Source: Eledone cirrhosa
Lineage: Eukaryota
Length of the DNA: 64,000 nt
Reading direction: 5' to 3'
NCBI GenBank assembly: GCA_964016885.1
Contig: CAXHJY010000928.1
Coordinates: 248,001-312,000, forward strand
Part shown: one piece after another, positions 24,880-35,814 of the stretch
How the letters are laid out: the number at the start of each line of letters is the position of its first letter
How positions within the stretch are numbered: the first letter of the stretch is position 1
Notes under the pieces: generated by a model
Database searches by the model: none
Seen by the model: only the letters and a program-made list of their open reading frames with translations
Told to the model about the DNA's origin: nothing
Made by a program: the position numbers and the translations under genes

Positions 24880-26908
24880 CAACAGGAAATTCCTTATGAC
24901 AGGAAATTCCTTATGAGACAAAGAGAAAAGATCTCAAACCTGTTAAATGCACAACAGAACAACAAGAAGGAACCCTATTTGAAACGGGCTTTGCTTGAAA
25001 TTGAAACTACACTCAAACTTTCCCATGAGAAGAAAAGGGTAGAGAGAGAAACCAGGGTCATAAAAAATATTAAAACAAACCCTAAGGCCGTCTTTAAATT
25101 TACGAAAGAGACTGCCTCAGTACAGTGCAAGATTGGGCCACTTTTCCATAAAAATGGCTCATTGATCAAGGATCCTCAAGGGATAAGTGAAATACTGAAT
25201 GAACAGTACAAAAGGGGGTTCACACCCCCTTTGAGGGACTTGAAAATAACAAAGCCAGAGGATTTCTTTGATGCCACAACACTCCATGGAGGAAGATGTG
25301 ATATCCGTCTTATAAGAAACAAACTCAACTGCTGAACCTGATGGATTCCCAGCAGTGCTCCTAAAAACATGTAAATGTGCCTTAGCAAGACCACTGAAGA
25401 TCCTCTTCAGAAGTTCTCTGGTTAGTGGTAAACTACCCAGAGAGCTAAAAGAAGGCACAATATGCCCTATCCATAAAGGAGGTAGTAGAGCGGAGCCAAA
25501 AACTATAGGCCAGTCTCCCTGACGTCACATATCAGTAAGGTCATGGAGCGAATCATCATAAAGAAACTGATCACGATACTCGAAGAAATTGACCACCTGA
25601 CTAGCACGCAGCATGGATTTTGTCCAGGAAGAGGCTGCCTTACACAGCTGCTACATCACTACGACTGGGTACTGAGACAACTACTAGACAGCTCACATGT
25701 GGACGTGATATATCTTGACTTTGCGAAGGCCTTTGACAAGGTCGACCACAGAATGATATGTCACAAACTACACAGACTCGGCATAAGTGTAAAAGTAGGT
25801 GAGTGGCTGCATGACTTCTTAAAGGACAGAAGCCAGTCAGTCGCAGCAAATGGGGCCCTCTCAAAGGAAACATCAATAACAAGTGGGGTGCCTTAGGGCA
25901 CAGTCTTGGGACCACTAGTTTTTGGTGGCTCTCTCAAACATGCCCTCTGTAGTACATACAACATCCTTCACTAGCTATACTGATGACACAAAGGTATCAC
26001 AGGTAATCAAGAACCCTGCTGATGCTGCCCTTTTTCAAGATCTGGATGCCATATACAAATGGGCTGAGGACAACAACATGCAGTTTAATGATGGAAAATA
26101 TCAAGCCCTACAATACAAACCTGCAAACACAAATACAGTACACAGCTACACTGGGGGATTGAAATCCCTGTGTTGAAATCGATACGAGACCTGGGAAGAG
26201 ACATGAGCGATGATGCATTGTTTTATTCACACATGAAGATGGTAACAATTAGCAAACAACTCACTGGTTGGATCTTGAGGACTTTCAGAACAAGAGACTG
26301 AGAGACCATGTTGGTGCTATGGAGGACATTTGTCCTAAGCTGTCTAGGCTATTGTGCCCAACCGTATAGTATCAAACTAACCATGGAGCTTGAGGCAATC
26401 TAACAAAGCTACACCAAGAGGATTGTGACAATGAAGGAGATAAGCTACTGGGAGAGGCTGAAAGAACTGAAACTCTACTCCTTAGAACGAAGATGGGAGA
26501 GATACGCAGTGATGGAAGATCTTGGAAGGAGTACCACCAAACTTTGGCATTATGAGCTGGACCCACCTTTGAACAGGACGTCACTGTGTGGTGCCAAAGG
26601 TCCCATAATTCACATCTAGGCCTGGGTTCAAAGGTCCTCAACTCTTTAATAAGCTGCCAAGAAACTTGAGAGATCTATATGGTCTGAATGTAGATGTTTT
26701 CAAGAAACTTCTTGACCCTCTGTTATCCAAGATCCCAGATGAACCCACAGCATGTAATGAAGGTAATCTAAGGACAGCAGCAACAAACTCCTTCTTACAT
26801 CAATGGCCAGCCAATGCAGGCTGGGTATAGAAGTTGAAGTAGCAAGGGTGGTGCCCCAACATGGCCTCAGCTGGGTGGCTGAAACAAATAAAAGAATAAA
26901 AGAATATT
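24880..26908 (+). mobile_element. CR1-group LINE (second family), degraded, with 3' end
   Basis: QHGF, YLDFAKAFDKV, SGVP, YTDDTK and YSLERRWERY; ends GGTGCCCCAACATGGCC...GCTGAAACAAAT(AAAAGAAT)2. Confidence 0.88.
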
Positions 26909-27184
26909 TATTAAGTGACAATAAGAATTGCAGCTTTTTGTAAACTTTATTTCATATTACAATTGTTTGATCATGTGATCGGATCCTAACTTTTAATAGA
27001 AAACTTCTTCAGATATGAGAGTTTACTTGGGTAGTCCTGTCCAAACTGTTGACATATGTTGACATATCTGAAGAAGTGTCACTTTGTATACACTCTGCAA
27101 ACTGCAGCTGCCTTAAACCTGGAGCACAACCTAATGAGAGATGGACACAATAACAGTATTGAGTGCTTCGACCAGCGTTGCTGC

Positions 27185-27917
27185 TAATAACTACAAGTTA
27201 CCCACCTAATAACTATGTTACCCACCTAATAACTATGTTACCCACATAATAACTATGTTACCCACCTAATAACTATAAGTTACCCACCTAATAACTATAA
27301 GTTACCCACCTAATAACTATAAGTTACCCATCTAATAACTATGTTACCCACCTAATAACTATAAGTTACCCACCTAATAACTATAAGTTACCCACCTAAT
27401 AACTATAAGTTACCCACCTAATAACTATGTTACCCACCTAATAACTATGTTACCCACCTAATAACTATGTTACCCACCTAATAACTATAAGTTACTCACC
27501 TAATAACTATAAGTTACCCACCTAATAACTATGTTACCCACCTAATAACTATAAGTTACTCACCTAATAACTATAAGTTACCCACCTAATAACTATAAGT
27601 TACCCACCTAATAACTATGTTACCCACCTAATAACTATAAGTTACCCACCTAATAACTATGTTACCCACCTAATAACTATAAGTTACTCACCTAATAACT
27701 ATAAGTTACCCACCTAATAACTATAAGTTACCCACCTAATACCTATAAGTTACCCACCTAATACCTATAAGTTACCCACCTAATAACTATAAGTTACCCA
27801 CCTAATAACTACAAGTTACCCACCTAATAACAAGTTACCCACCTAATAACTACAAGTTACCCACCTAATAACTACAAGTTACCCACCTAATAACTACAAG
27901 TTTCCCACCTAATAACC
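27185..27917. repeat. 20/22-bp minisatellite CCCACCTAATAACTAT(AA)GTTA
   Basis: Directly visible; two length variants are interspersed. Confidence 0.95.
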
Positions 27918-28267
27918 TATATATATGTATAGGAATTTTTGGTAACGTTTATCTATTTTTTTCTTCAAACTTACATTTTAGACTTAGCTCCCTTTATTTA
28001 ATTATTTGTCAGGTTAATTTCTACGGACTAAAAGGAAAGATTAGGTAAATTTTATCTGACTGTTCCTCATAAAAGAATATCGATAACATTTATGTTATTT
28101 CTTCAAAGTTACAATTTAAACTTAGTTCCGTTTAAATTATTATTTATCTAGTTAATTTCTACGGACTAAGGAGAAATTGGATAAATTTTGTCTGACTGTT
28201 CTTTAAACTTATAATTATATATATATATATATATATATGGTAGATAGATATGTGTGTATGTCTTAAT

Positions 28268-28595
28268 CATCATCATCATCATCATCATTTAACGTCCATT
28301 TTCCACGCTAGCATGGGTTAGTCGGATTGTCTCATTAGAGGAAAGTTGGTTTGGGTCCCATGTCTTGCTCTTACAGAACTGTTTCTGGCTTGATTTCTAC
28401 GGCTGGATGCCCTTCCTAACACCAACCACGTTTACAGTGTGGGCTAGGTGCTTTTTACTGTGTCACCATCATGACCACTTTACAGTTGGACTGGGGGTTT
28501 CACTAGATGCATATTTCAGCCTGTACTCATGGAAATGTGTGGAAGGGTGGGCCATACTGTATATATGCTTCAGATTCGGCCTGTGCCCATGGGAA
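28268..28595 (-). mobile_element. RTE 3' UTR/tail fragment
   Basis: (CAT)n plus TTTAACGTCC...GCATGGGTT...GGATGCCCTTCCTAACACCAACC. Confidence 0.8.
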
Positions 28596-28640
28596 GTCAT
28601 ATATATAAGTATATATACATACATATATATATATATAAAC

Positions 28641-29543
28641 AGTAGACAGCTTCTGCTACCTAGGTGACCAAATTAGCAGCGGAGGTTGGGGTTCGGGAAG
28701 TACAATAACTAGAGTAAGAACGGGATGGAAGAAGTTCAGGGAGCTACTGCTACTGCTAGCTGCAAAAGGCTTTTCCCTCAAAATGAAAGGCAGACTGTAT
28801 GATGCATGTATACGAAGAGCAATGTTACATGGTAGTGAGACCTGGGTGCTGTCTGTGGAAGACTTGCGTAGATTAGAGAGAAACGAAGCCTGCATGCTCT
28901 GATGGATGTGTAATAGTAATATACGTGAATGGCAAAGCATAAATGAATTGAGAGAGAGACTGAGCATAAGAGGAATCAAATGCTGTGTGCAGGAGAGGCG
29001 GTCGCGTTGGTATGGACATGTGATGCGTATCAAGGATGACAGCTGCATAAAAAGGTGCAGAGCACTAGAAGTCAATGGAAACCGCGGAGTGGGGAGACCC
29101 AAGAAGACCTGGGATGAGGTGATAAAAGCCGACCTTACCCAATTGCACCTCTCAAGGGCGATTACACTGGACCGTGACCTCTGGCGTCACGCAGTAATAC
29201 AGAAGACCCGACCTCCCACGGGTACAAGCCGAAGATGAAGCATATAGATAATATGCCCCCACACCCTCCCACTGTAAAGTGGTCGTGGAGGTGTCATGAC
29301 AAAATAGCACCCAGCCCACACTGTAAAGTGGACGTGTAGGCACCACGGAAAAAAAATAGACCCAGCACTCACTGTAAATGAGGTTGGTGTTAGGAAGGGC
29401 ATCCAGCTGTAGAAATCAAGCCAGAATCGGTTCCTGTATGAGCAAACAAGGTCAGCTGACTGGACACTGCCCACAACAGGACAACCCGTCTAACCCATGC
29501 TAGCATGGAAGAATGGACTTAAAATGGTGATGATGTTGATGAT
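28641..29543 (+). mobile_element. 5'-truncated RTE LINE (subfamily B)
   Basis: VDSFCYLGD...RWYGHVMR...GRPKKTWDE followed by the 3' UTR and (GAT)n; close to the 8856-9720 copy. Confidence 0.92.
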
Positions 29544-29989
29544 ATATAAAGTATAAATAGATAGTAACAATATTCCAGTTCAAAGCTCCTTTTTTGTATC
29601 CTGTGAAATATTTCAAACTATGTTCTTACTATAAAGGATCACGAGGACCCTTCAGTTGTGTGAAGGACATGACAACCTAGTGTTGGTGATTTATACCTCA
29701 AACACATCCACTACACTGTTGGTAATAGGCAGGGCAACCCACTGTAGAATGTTGTGAGGACTCTTCAGTTGTGTCAAAAACATGACAATCTCTCATTTTC
29801 CAGTACAATCAGTAGAGCGTGGGACTGTGCTTAAGTGAGAGGTCAGTAGCCCCACTTTAGCAGTGAATTTCTCTATGAAGACCCATCAAACCCTTGCTTG
29901 CAGGGAATGTGTACATTAAACTTTGGTTTCGATGATGATCTTACTATAATGGTATTTCCAATGAAAATACACTATTTGTGTGCTTCAAT

Positions 29990-30120
29990 AAATATTGATT
30001 TCTTATTTAGGCACAAGGTCAGCAACTTTAGTGGGGAATGGCAGGCAAAGTTGATTAAATCAACCCCAGTACTTGACTGGTATTTTATTTTATAAACTCC
30101 AAAAGGATGAAAAGCAATTT
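29990..30120 (-). mobile_element. tRNA-SINE family 2, 3' fragment
   Basis: GGCACAAGG...ACCCCAGT...ACTGGTA-TTTATTTTAT...AAAGGATGAAAAGCAA; homologous to 39460 and 52190. Confidence 0.65.
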
Positions 30121-30139
30121 ACATCTACATTTACTTTGC

Positions 30140-30708
30140 TCACTTATTCCTGAGAGGGTCATGGGAGCAAACTCCTCAAACATTCCTTCCAGTGGGTCCT
30201 GTGAGAAGCAGCCCTCTCCAAATGATCCGGCTGGATCCCCAAGCGAGACCAGTGAAGCTCATGGATGTTAATAAACCATCTTGCTCAGGGTCTACTGCTG
30301 GGTCTCCTACCTGTTGGTTTTGACTGTAAAATCTGTCCAGCAATTCTTTCCTGAGACATTCTAAACCACATGTCCATAGTATTAGAGCTGTGATCTCTCA
30401 ATTCAGAGAAATAGTGTCTCTACCTGGAGCAATTCTTTGATCTCTGAGCTACACATTCTATCAAGTAACGTTACTCCAAAGACCCTTCAGAAGAACCCTA
30501 TTTTGGCCACTTGTATTTGTAATTGTATTCTTTTGGTCATTACCCAAGATTCATGATAAGAGTTGGCATGAAGACCGAATTGAAGATAGCGAGTTTGGCT
30601 TTTACACCTACCTCTCTTCTTCTGATGACTGAATGCCAAAGGTGGCACATTGCTGCACCAGCTCCTGTAATTCTTGCGCTTAATTTAGCCTCCTGCCTTT
30701 CATCACTT
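30140..30708 (-). mobile_element. RTE family C 3' fragment
   Basis: Reverse complement is collinear with 2820-3215. Confidence 0.75.
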
Positions 30709-30930
30709 TTTTTTTTGCTTTCACCTGTTCAAAGCAAAAAATTGGATGTGTTAATGTTGTTGAGATGGGCCTTATTGAAGTTCAGGCATAGACCTAGTTA
30801 CTCAAATTAACTCCAAAAATCCGAGCAAAATCCCATAATGTGGTGTCAGAATGTAGAGTTATTTCAAGAAAAGTTCAAGGCTGGATCCTCAATGGGATCT
30901 GTGTTACTGAAATGGTTAGTTATGAAAAAA

Positions 30931-31279
30931 TGGAGGCACATGGTTTAGTGGTTAGAGCATTGACCTTGCAATCGAAAGGTTGTGAGTTCAATTCTCAGAC
31001 TGGGTGATGTGTTGTTTCCTTGAGCAAGACACTTTATTTCACATTGCTCCAGTTTACTCAGCTGTAGAAATGAGTTGATAGGGACTGGGGTCCCTATCAT
31101 TCCACTGCAAAGTGGTCGTGGAGGTGCCACGGCAAAAAAGCACCCAGCACTCACTGTAAATGAGGTTGGTGTTAGGAAGGGCATCCAGCTGTAGAAATCA
31201 AGCCAGAATCATTTCCCGTCCCACCCTTGCAAGCAGGGAAAAGCGGACGTAAAATGATGATGATGATGATGATGATGAT
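30931..31279 (+). mobile_element. Full-length CORE-SINE: tRNA-like head, CORE domain, RTE-derived tail, (GAT)n
   Basis: A box TGGTTTAGTGG, B box GAGTTCAATTC, CORE-like CCTTGAGCAAGACACTT...CAGTTTACTCAGCTGTAGAAATG, and RTE 3' UTR motifs. Confidence 0.88.
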
Positions 31280-32839
31280 TTGGTATTGAGGCTTTCATAT
31301 TTATTGTATATAAACATATTACATGTTTTCATATACATCCTTATTATGCTTAACGTTCTCTTAGTGCTACTGCCAATTAATTATAACCAGCCAAGTTTGC
31401 ACTATATGCAAATGAACATTTCCAGCCAATCTTTTCTATTTGTTATATGCAAATGAGCATTACCAGCAAATGTTTGATACACAAAATCTATATAGACTCC
31501 TCTTGTCTATTTTCATCTCAATATCAGTTGTCACTGATGAGAGATCAGCAAATCTTGAAACAGTTGTCTGGCATTCTCAACAGCGTAAGCACTCACATTT
31601 TCTACCCTTCCTTTTTTTTCTTAGAAACGCAATAATTTAAATTAGCATATATTCAAATTAGCAAATGTTTAAATTAGCAGATATTTAAATTAGTAGATCT
31701 TCAAATTAGCAGATTGTCAAGTTAGCATAACTTTTGATCATAACATAATAGAATCTGAATTTATTTTTATTTTTTCAGAAATTTTCTTTACTGTCTTGAA
31801 AAACCCAAATTTTGCACATTTTTCGACATAAAGTTTTACCCAATTTTCCCTTGTATGACAGTTTGTGTGTCTAGGGATGGGATCTGATAATACAATGACA
31901 ATCAACAGCTAAACTATTGTGTGTGTGTGAGGAAACACTTTAGCTTATCTCACCAGCAGTACTTCCAGTGGAATTTTAATCTCAGTTATTCAACTTCCAA
32001 CATATTATTATTATTATTATTATTATTTATTATTATTATTTTTTAAATTTTGTGTTTCTTTTACAAACACTCTTCAATCTTGCCTCATTCATCATCATCA
32101 TCATTTAACATCCTCTTTCCCTGCTAGCAAGTGTTGGACAGAGTCAGTAATGAAGTGGAGCTACTAACTTCCCAGACAGGCAGGTAGGTTTACATATGGT
32201 CCCACATACTACTAACTGCACTAGAGAGACTATCATGTCTTTGATACAACTGAAGAGTCCTCTTAACCTTTTGTTTGGCAACTATTGTTGTATGTACAGA
32301 GTGAATTGGGTTTGTTTATTGTGTAGATCACCAACACGAGGGAGGCTGTCATATTCTTAACGCAACAGAAGGGGGTCCTCCTGACCCTCTATTACTCTTT
32401 CTACTGTTGGATGACCTTCCTATCACCAACCACTTTACAAAGTGTACTGACTGTATTTTCTATGTAGATCACTAACTCTAGGTTGTCATGTCTTTGTCAC
32501 AACTGACGTGTTCTTTTGACCCTTTGTTGGGGAAGTTCTAGTACATGAAACATAATTCACATGTTCACATCTCTAAGATCAATATTAATGAAGACAATGA
32601 ATTATACGAGTATCAAAGATAAGCTGTGAAAGAGTTCATTGACTTATTGATCCAACAATAAAACTGAAAACTGGTTATTACAGCTGTTACTCATCCTAAA
32701 CTTGTTCCTATCAAATATAGTAGTGGGTGTATTTATCACTGCTACTAGGGAGGTTGCCTATGAACAGACCACCTGATCCTGTCTTTGGCAGGAGAAGAAA
32801 TTATGACTTCAGAATCGAAAGAGCTTAGAGTAAACTTGG

Positions 32840-34581
32840 TGTAGCGACTAGCGCCACCTTGCCCGGGGAGAAAAAACTAATTGGAGTTACTTCTCGTTGA
32901 ATTCTAGAAGATTCCTTGAACTTCCGGTCTAGGGATTATAAAGGAGGGAGAAAAGAGACATCTTAGCTTATTTGGCGACCGGCTCTCGGACAGTTCACTC
33001 ACGAGTGAGTTTGTTAACCTTATTATATCTGCATCGAATTTAATTAGTGGTTGGCCTGTAGTGGCATTTACCAAAGTAAATAAACCTGTGACCAATTCAC
33101 TAAAGTGATTTGAAGTGTCAGCACTCTAAGATTTATCGGCATGTCCGTGCTCCTCTTGGGAAATTCAGCCCGCCAGATGCACGTTTCCGTCATATTCACA
33201 TGGATATTGTTGGTCCATGGCCCGTTAGTCGTGGGTTCACATACATATTGACTTGTATCGATCGTTTCTCTCGGTGGCCTGAAGCCATACCCCTCATGGA
33301 CATAACAACAGAGTCCGTTGCCCAAGCTTTCATTTCCAATTGGATTGCTCGCTCTGCTGTTCCTACTAAAATAACTACGGATCGTGGATGCCAATTTGAA
33401 GCTTCCTTATTTCGTGAAATATCACGACTCTTGGGTGCTCATCACATTCATATGACCAGCTATCATCCAGCCTCCAATGGAATGGTCGAGAGGTTTCATA
33501 GACAGTTGAAAGCTGCACTTCGCGCTACTCCTGATCCGCAACGTTGAACCAAATTTTTGCCAATCGTGCTTCTTGGTTGTTGTTCTGCCATTAAGACAGA
33601 TTTAGGTTTTTCTTCTGCTGAACTTCTTTATGGTACCACATTGTCTCTTCCTGGACAAATGTTAGCACCAGTGGATTCATCACATCTTGACCCAGCATTA
33701 TATGTCACCAGGATTTTTATTTCTCGGATCTTCCACCAATGAACCCTCGTGACCAGTCTATTTCTTCTGCTGTCCCATCGGACATCTCTACGTGGACACA
33801 CATTTTCATACAGAATGATTCCGTCAAGGGACCTCTTATGTCACCCTACAATGGACCTTTTAGTGTGCTTTCGCACACACCAAAACACTTTACAGTGGCT
33901 GTCAATGGTCGAAAAGAGGTAATATCCGTTGACAGAGAAAAGAAGGCTTTCTCTGAAAGTCTCACATCATTGCCTGACATACCTCGCACATACACTCCCA
34001 CACAAACACCTTCACCTCCACCGCAAACACCACATACCACACAACCATATGTCACACGAAGTGGCAGGACAGTAATATGGCCACAGAAACTCTCAAAAAC
34101 AATATTCGTCTAACCCCTAGTAGCATTAACTATTTGACTTTGAAAAATTTTGAACTTATTTTGAGCACTATTTTCCTTGCTCCCTTGTACTGTTTTGAAT
34201 TGTATTGTTCCAGTTACATTTTTCTGCATGTTTATTTTCATACTTTGCTTCTGTTACAAACCATTGTAATTTATGTACCTTTTGTTTTGCTTGCTCCTTA
34301 TTCTACGGCTCCTCGCTACAATGACCTTACGGTTATTATCAACTATCGTCTGTAGCGACTAGCACCACCTTGCTCGAGGAGAAAAAACTAATTGGAGTTA
34401 CTTCCCTAGGGATTATAAAGGAGGGAGAAAAGAGACATCTTAGCTTATTTGGCGACCGGCTCTCAGACAGTTCACTCATGAGTGAGTTTGTTAACCTTAT
34501 TATATCTGCATCGAATTTAATTAGTGGTTGGCCTGTAGTGGCATTTACCAAAGTAAATAAACCTGTGACCAATTCACTAAA
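32840..34581 (+). mobile_element. Ty3/Gypsy LTR element, internally deleted (integrase region only); LTRs 32840-33104 and 34351-34581; TSD TTGG
   Basis: Direct repeats TGTAGCGACTAGC...CAATTCACTAAA; rve DDE motifs HMDIVGP, TTDRGCQF, NGMVER; Y-GPF motif; TTGG at 32836-32839 and 34582-34585. Confidence 0.92.
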
Positions 34582-34760
34582 TTGGGAAAAACTAAAGGTT
34601 TTGGTAAGCAGGAAAGAAGACATGACCCTGGTCCTGTTAGGTAAGTGGACCTGTTCAATATATAGAAATGGAGTAGAAATAATGTATGCAATGTAAATCT
34701 TGGGTACACAAGGAGTGTACTGGGGTAAATGGGAGACTAACAGGAAAGGTAAACTACTGT
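34582..34760 (+). mobile_element. Old RTE fragment (RT-PHD region) split by the Gypsy insertion; left part at about 32800-32839
   Basis: Removing the LTR element and one TSD restores ESKELRVNLGKTK..VSRKE...GKWTCS...CKSWVHKECTG. Confidence 0.8.
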
Positions 34761-35020
34761 CAATTGACATATACTGTTTCTTTTAATGTTTATTTATCCC
34801 TCCCCCTCTTTCTCTCTCTGCTTCTCACACACACCCTCACTTTTTGTCTGACTCTTTCACCCTGCCTCTCTTTCTCCGTCTCTCTTTCTCTCACTCTCTC
34901 TCTATGCCTGCCTCTCCCACACACTTTTACCCTGTCTCTTTCTGTCGGTCTGTTTGCTTTTCACTTACTCTCTAACTGTCTCTCTCTCCCTCTCTCTCTC
35001 ACACTCACCATATCTTTCAG
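34749..35020 (+). promoter_or_regulatory. 3' splice region: long pyrimidine tract, candidate branch point CTAAC (A at 34975), acceptor TTTCAG
   Basis: No AG dinucleotide seen between 34749 and the acceptor at 35019-35020. Confidence 0.65.
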
Positions 35021-35133
35021 AAAACAATCCAGCCTGTTTAAAAGACAAGGAAGACTTCAATGCTATCAAGACACTACATGATTTGATTGATGATGACAGG
35101 AATGGCAATGTTGATCAAACAGAAAGTGATGAG
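35021..35133 (+). CDS. STIM: Internal coding exon of a stromal interaction molecule (STIM) homolog, canonical EF-hand
   Basis: ttcag|..NNPACLKDKEDFNAIKTLHDLIDDDRNGNVDQTESDE|gtaaac aligns with human STIM1 [38 protein letters not shown]; canonical splice sites, phase 1 start and phase 0 end. Confidence 0.92.
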
Positions 35134-35164
35134 GTAAACATAATATCATCTTCTTAAACTACCA

Positions 35165-35773
35165 CTTAAGATCATGAGGGCAGCAGAGTCCTCAAACACT
35201 CTCTCCAGCAAGTCCTATCAGAAGCAATCCTCTCCCATAGATCCAGCTATATCCTCAAACGTTACCAGTCAAACTCATGCATGTTATCCAGTCATCTTGC
35301 TTGGCGTTTACCTCTGAGTCCCCTGCCAGTTGGTTTTGTTTGTAAAATGTGTTCAAAAATTATTTTCTGAGACATTCTAACCCATGTCTGTATTATCAGA
35401 GCTGTGATCTCTCAATTCAGAGAAGCAATAGCTCTACCTGGAGTGACTCTCCGATTGCAGAGCTACACACTCTATCAAGTAATGTTACTCCAAAGATCCT
35501 TCAGAGGAACCCTATTTCGGTCGCTTGTGTTCCCGATCATATTCTTTGTCATTACCCAAGATTCCTGACTATAGGTAAGGGTAGGCTTGAACACTGAAAT
35601 TAAGATAGTGAGTTTGGTTTTTACATCTACCTCACACTTTACATGTGAGTTGAATTCCACTGAAGCAAGTGGAGAAGTTCAAGTATGTTGGGGCTGTGGT
35701 CATGAGTGATGGAAGGTATGAGGCTGAATTAAGTGCAAGAATTGTAGGAGCTGGTGCAGTAATGTGACAGCTT
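35165..35773 (-). mobile_element. RTE family C insertion with an inverted 5' segment (about 35655-35773 on +)
   Basis: 35165-35640 is antisense family C; 35655-35773 is the immediately upstream element segment in sense orientation (compare 30600-30708). Confidence 0.75.
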
Positions 35774-35814
35774 CAACATTCATCTTTAGATGAACAAAAA
35801 ATGTAATAAATAAA

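Noticed and set aside
27185-27917. Telomere-like repeat
   Set aside because: The 20/22-bp unit is not (TTAGGG)n; it is an ordinary minisatellite.
30931-31005. tRNA gene
   Set aside because: A and B boxes are present, but there is no proper acceptor stem and it continues into CORE and LINE tail; it is a SINE head.
31770-31835. Possible additional STIM exon after TTTTTTTCAG
   Set aside because: No STIM-like peptide, a stop in the phase-1 frame and no good donor.
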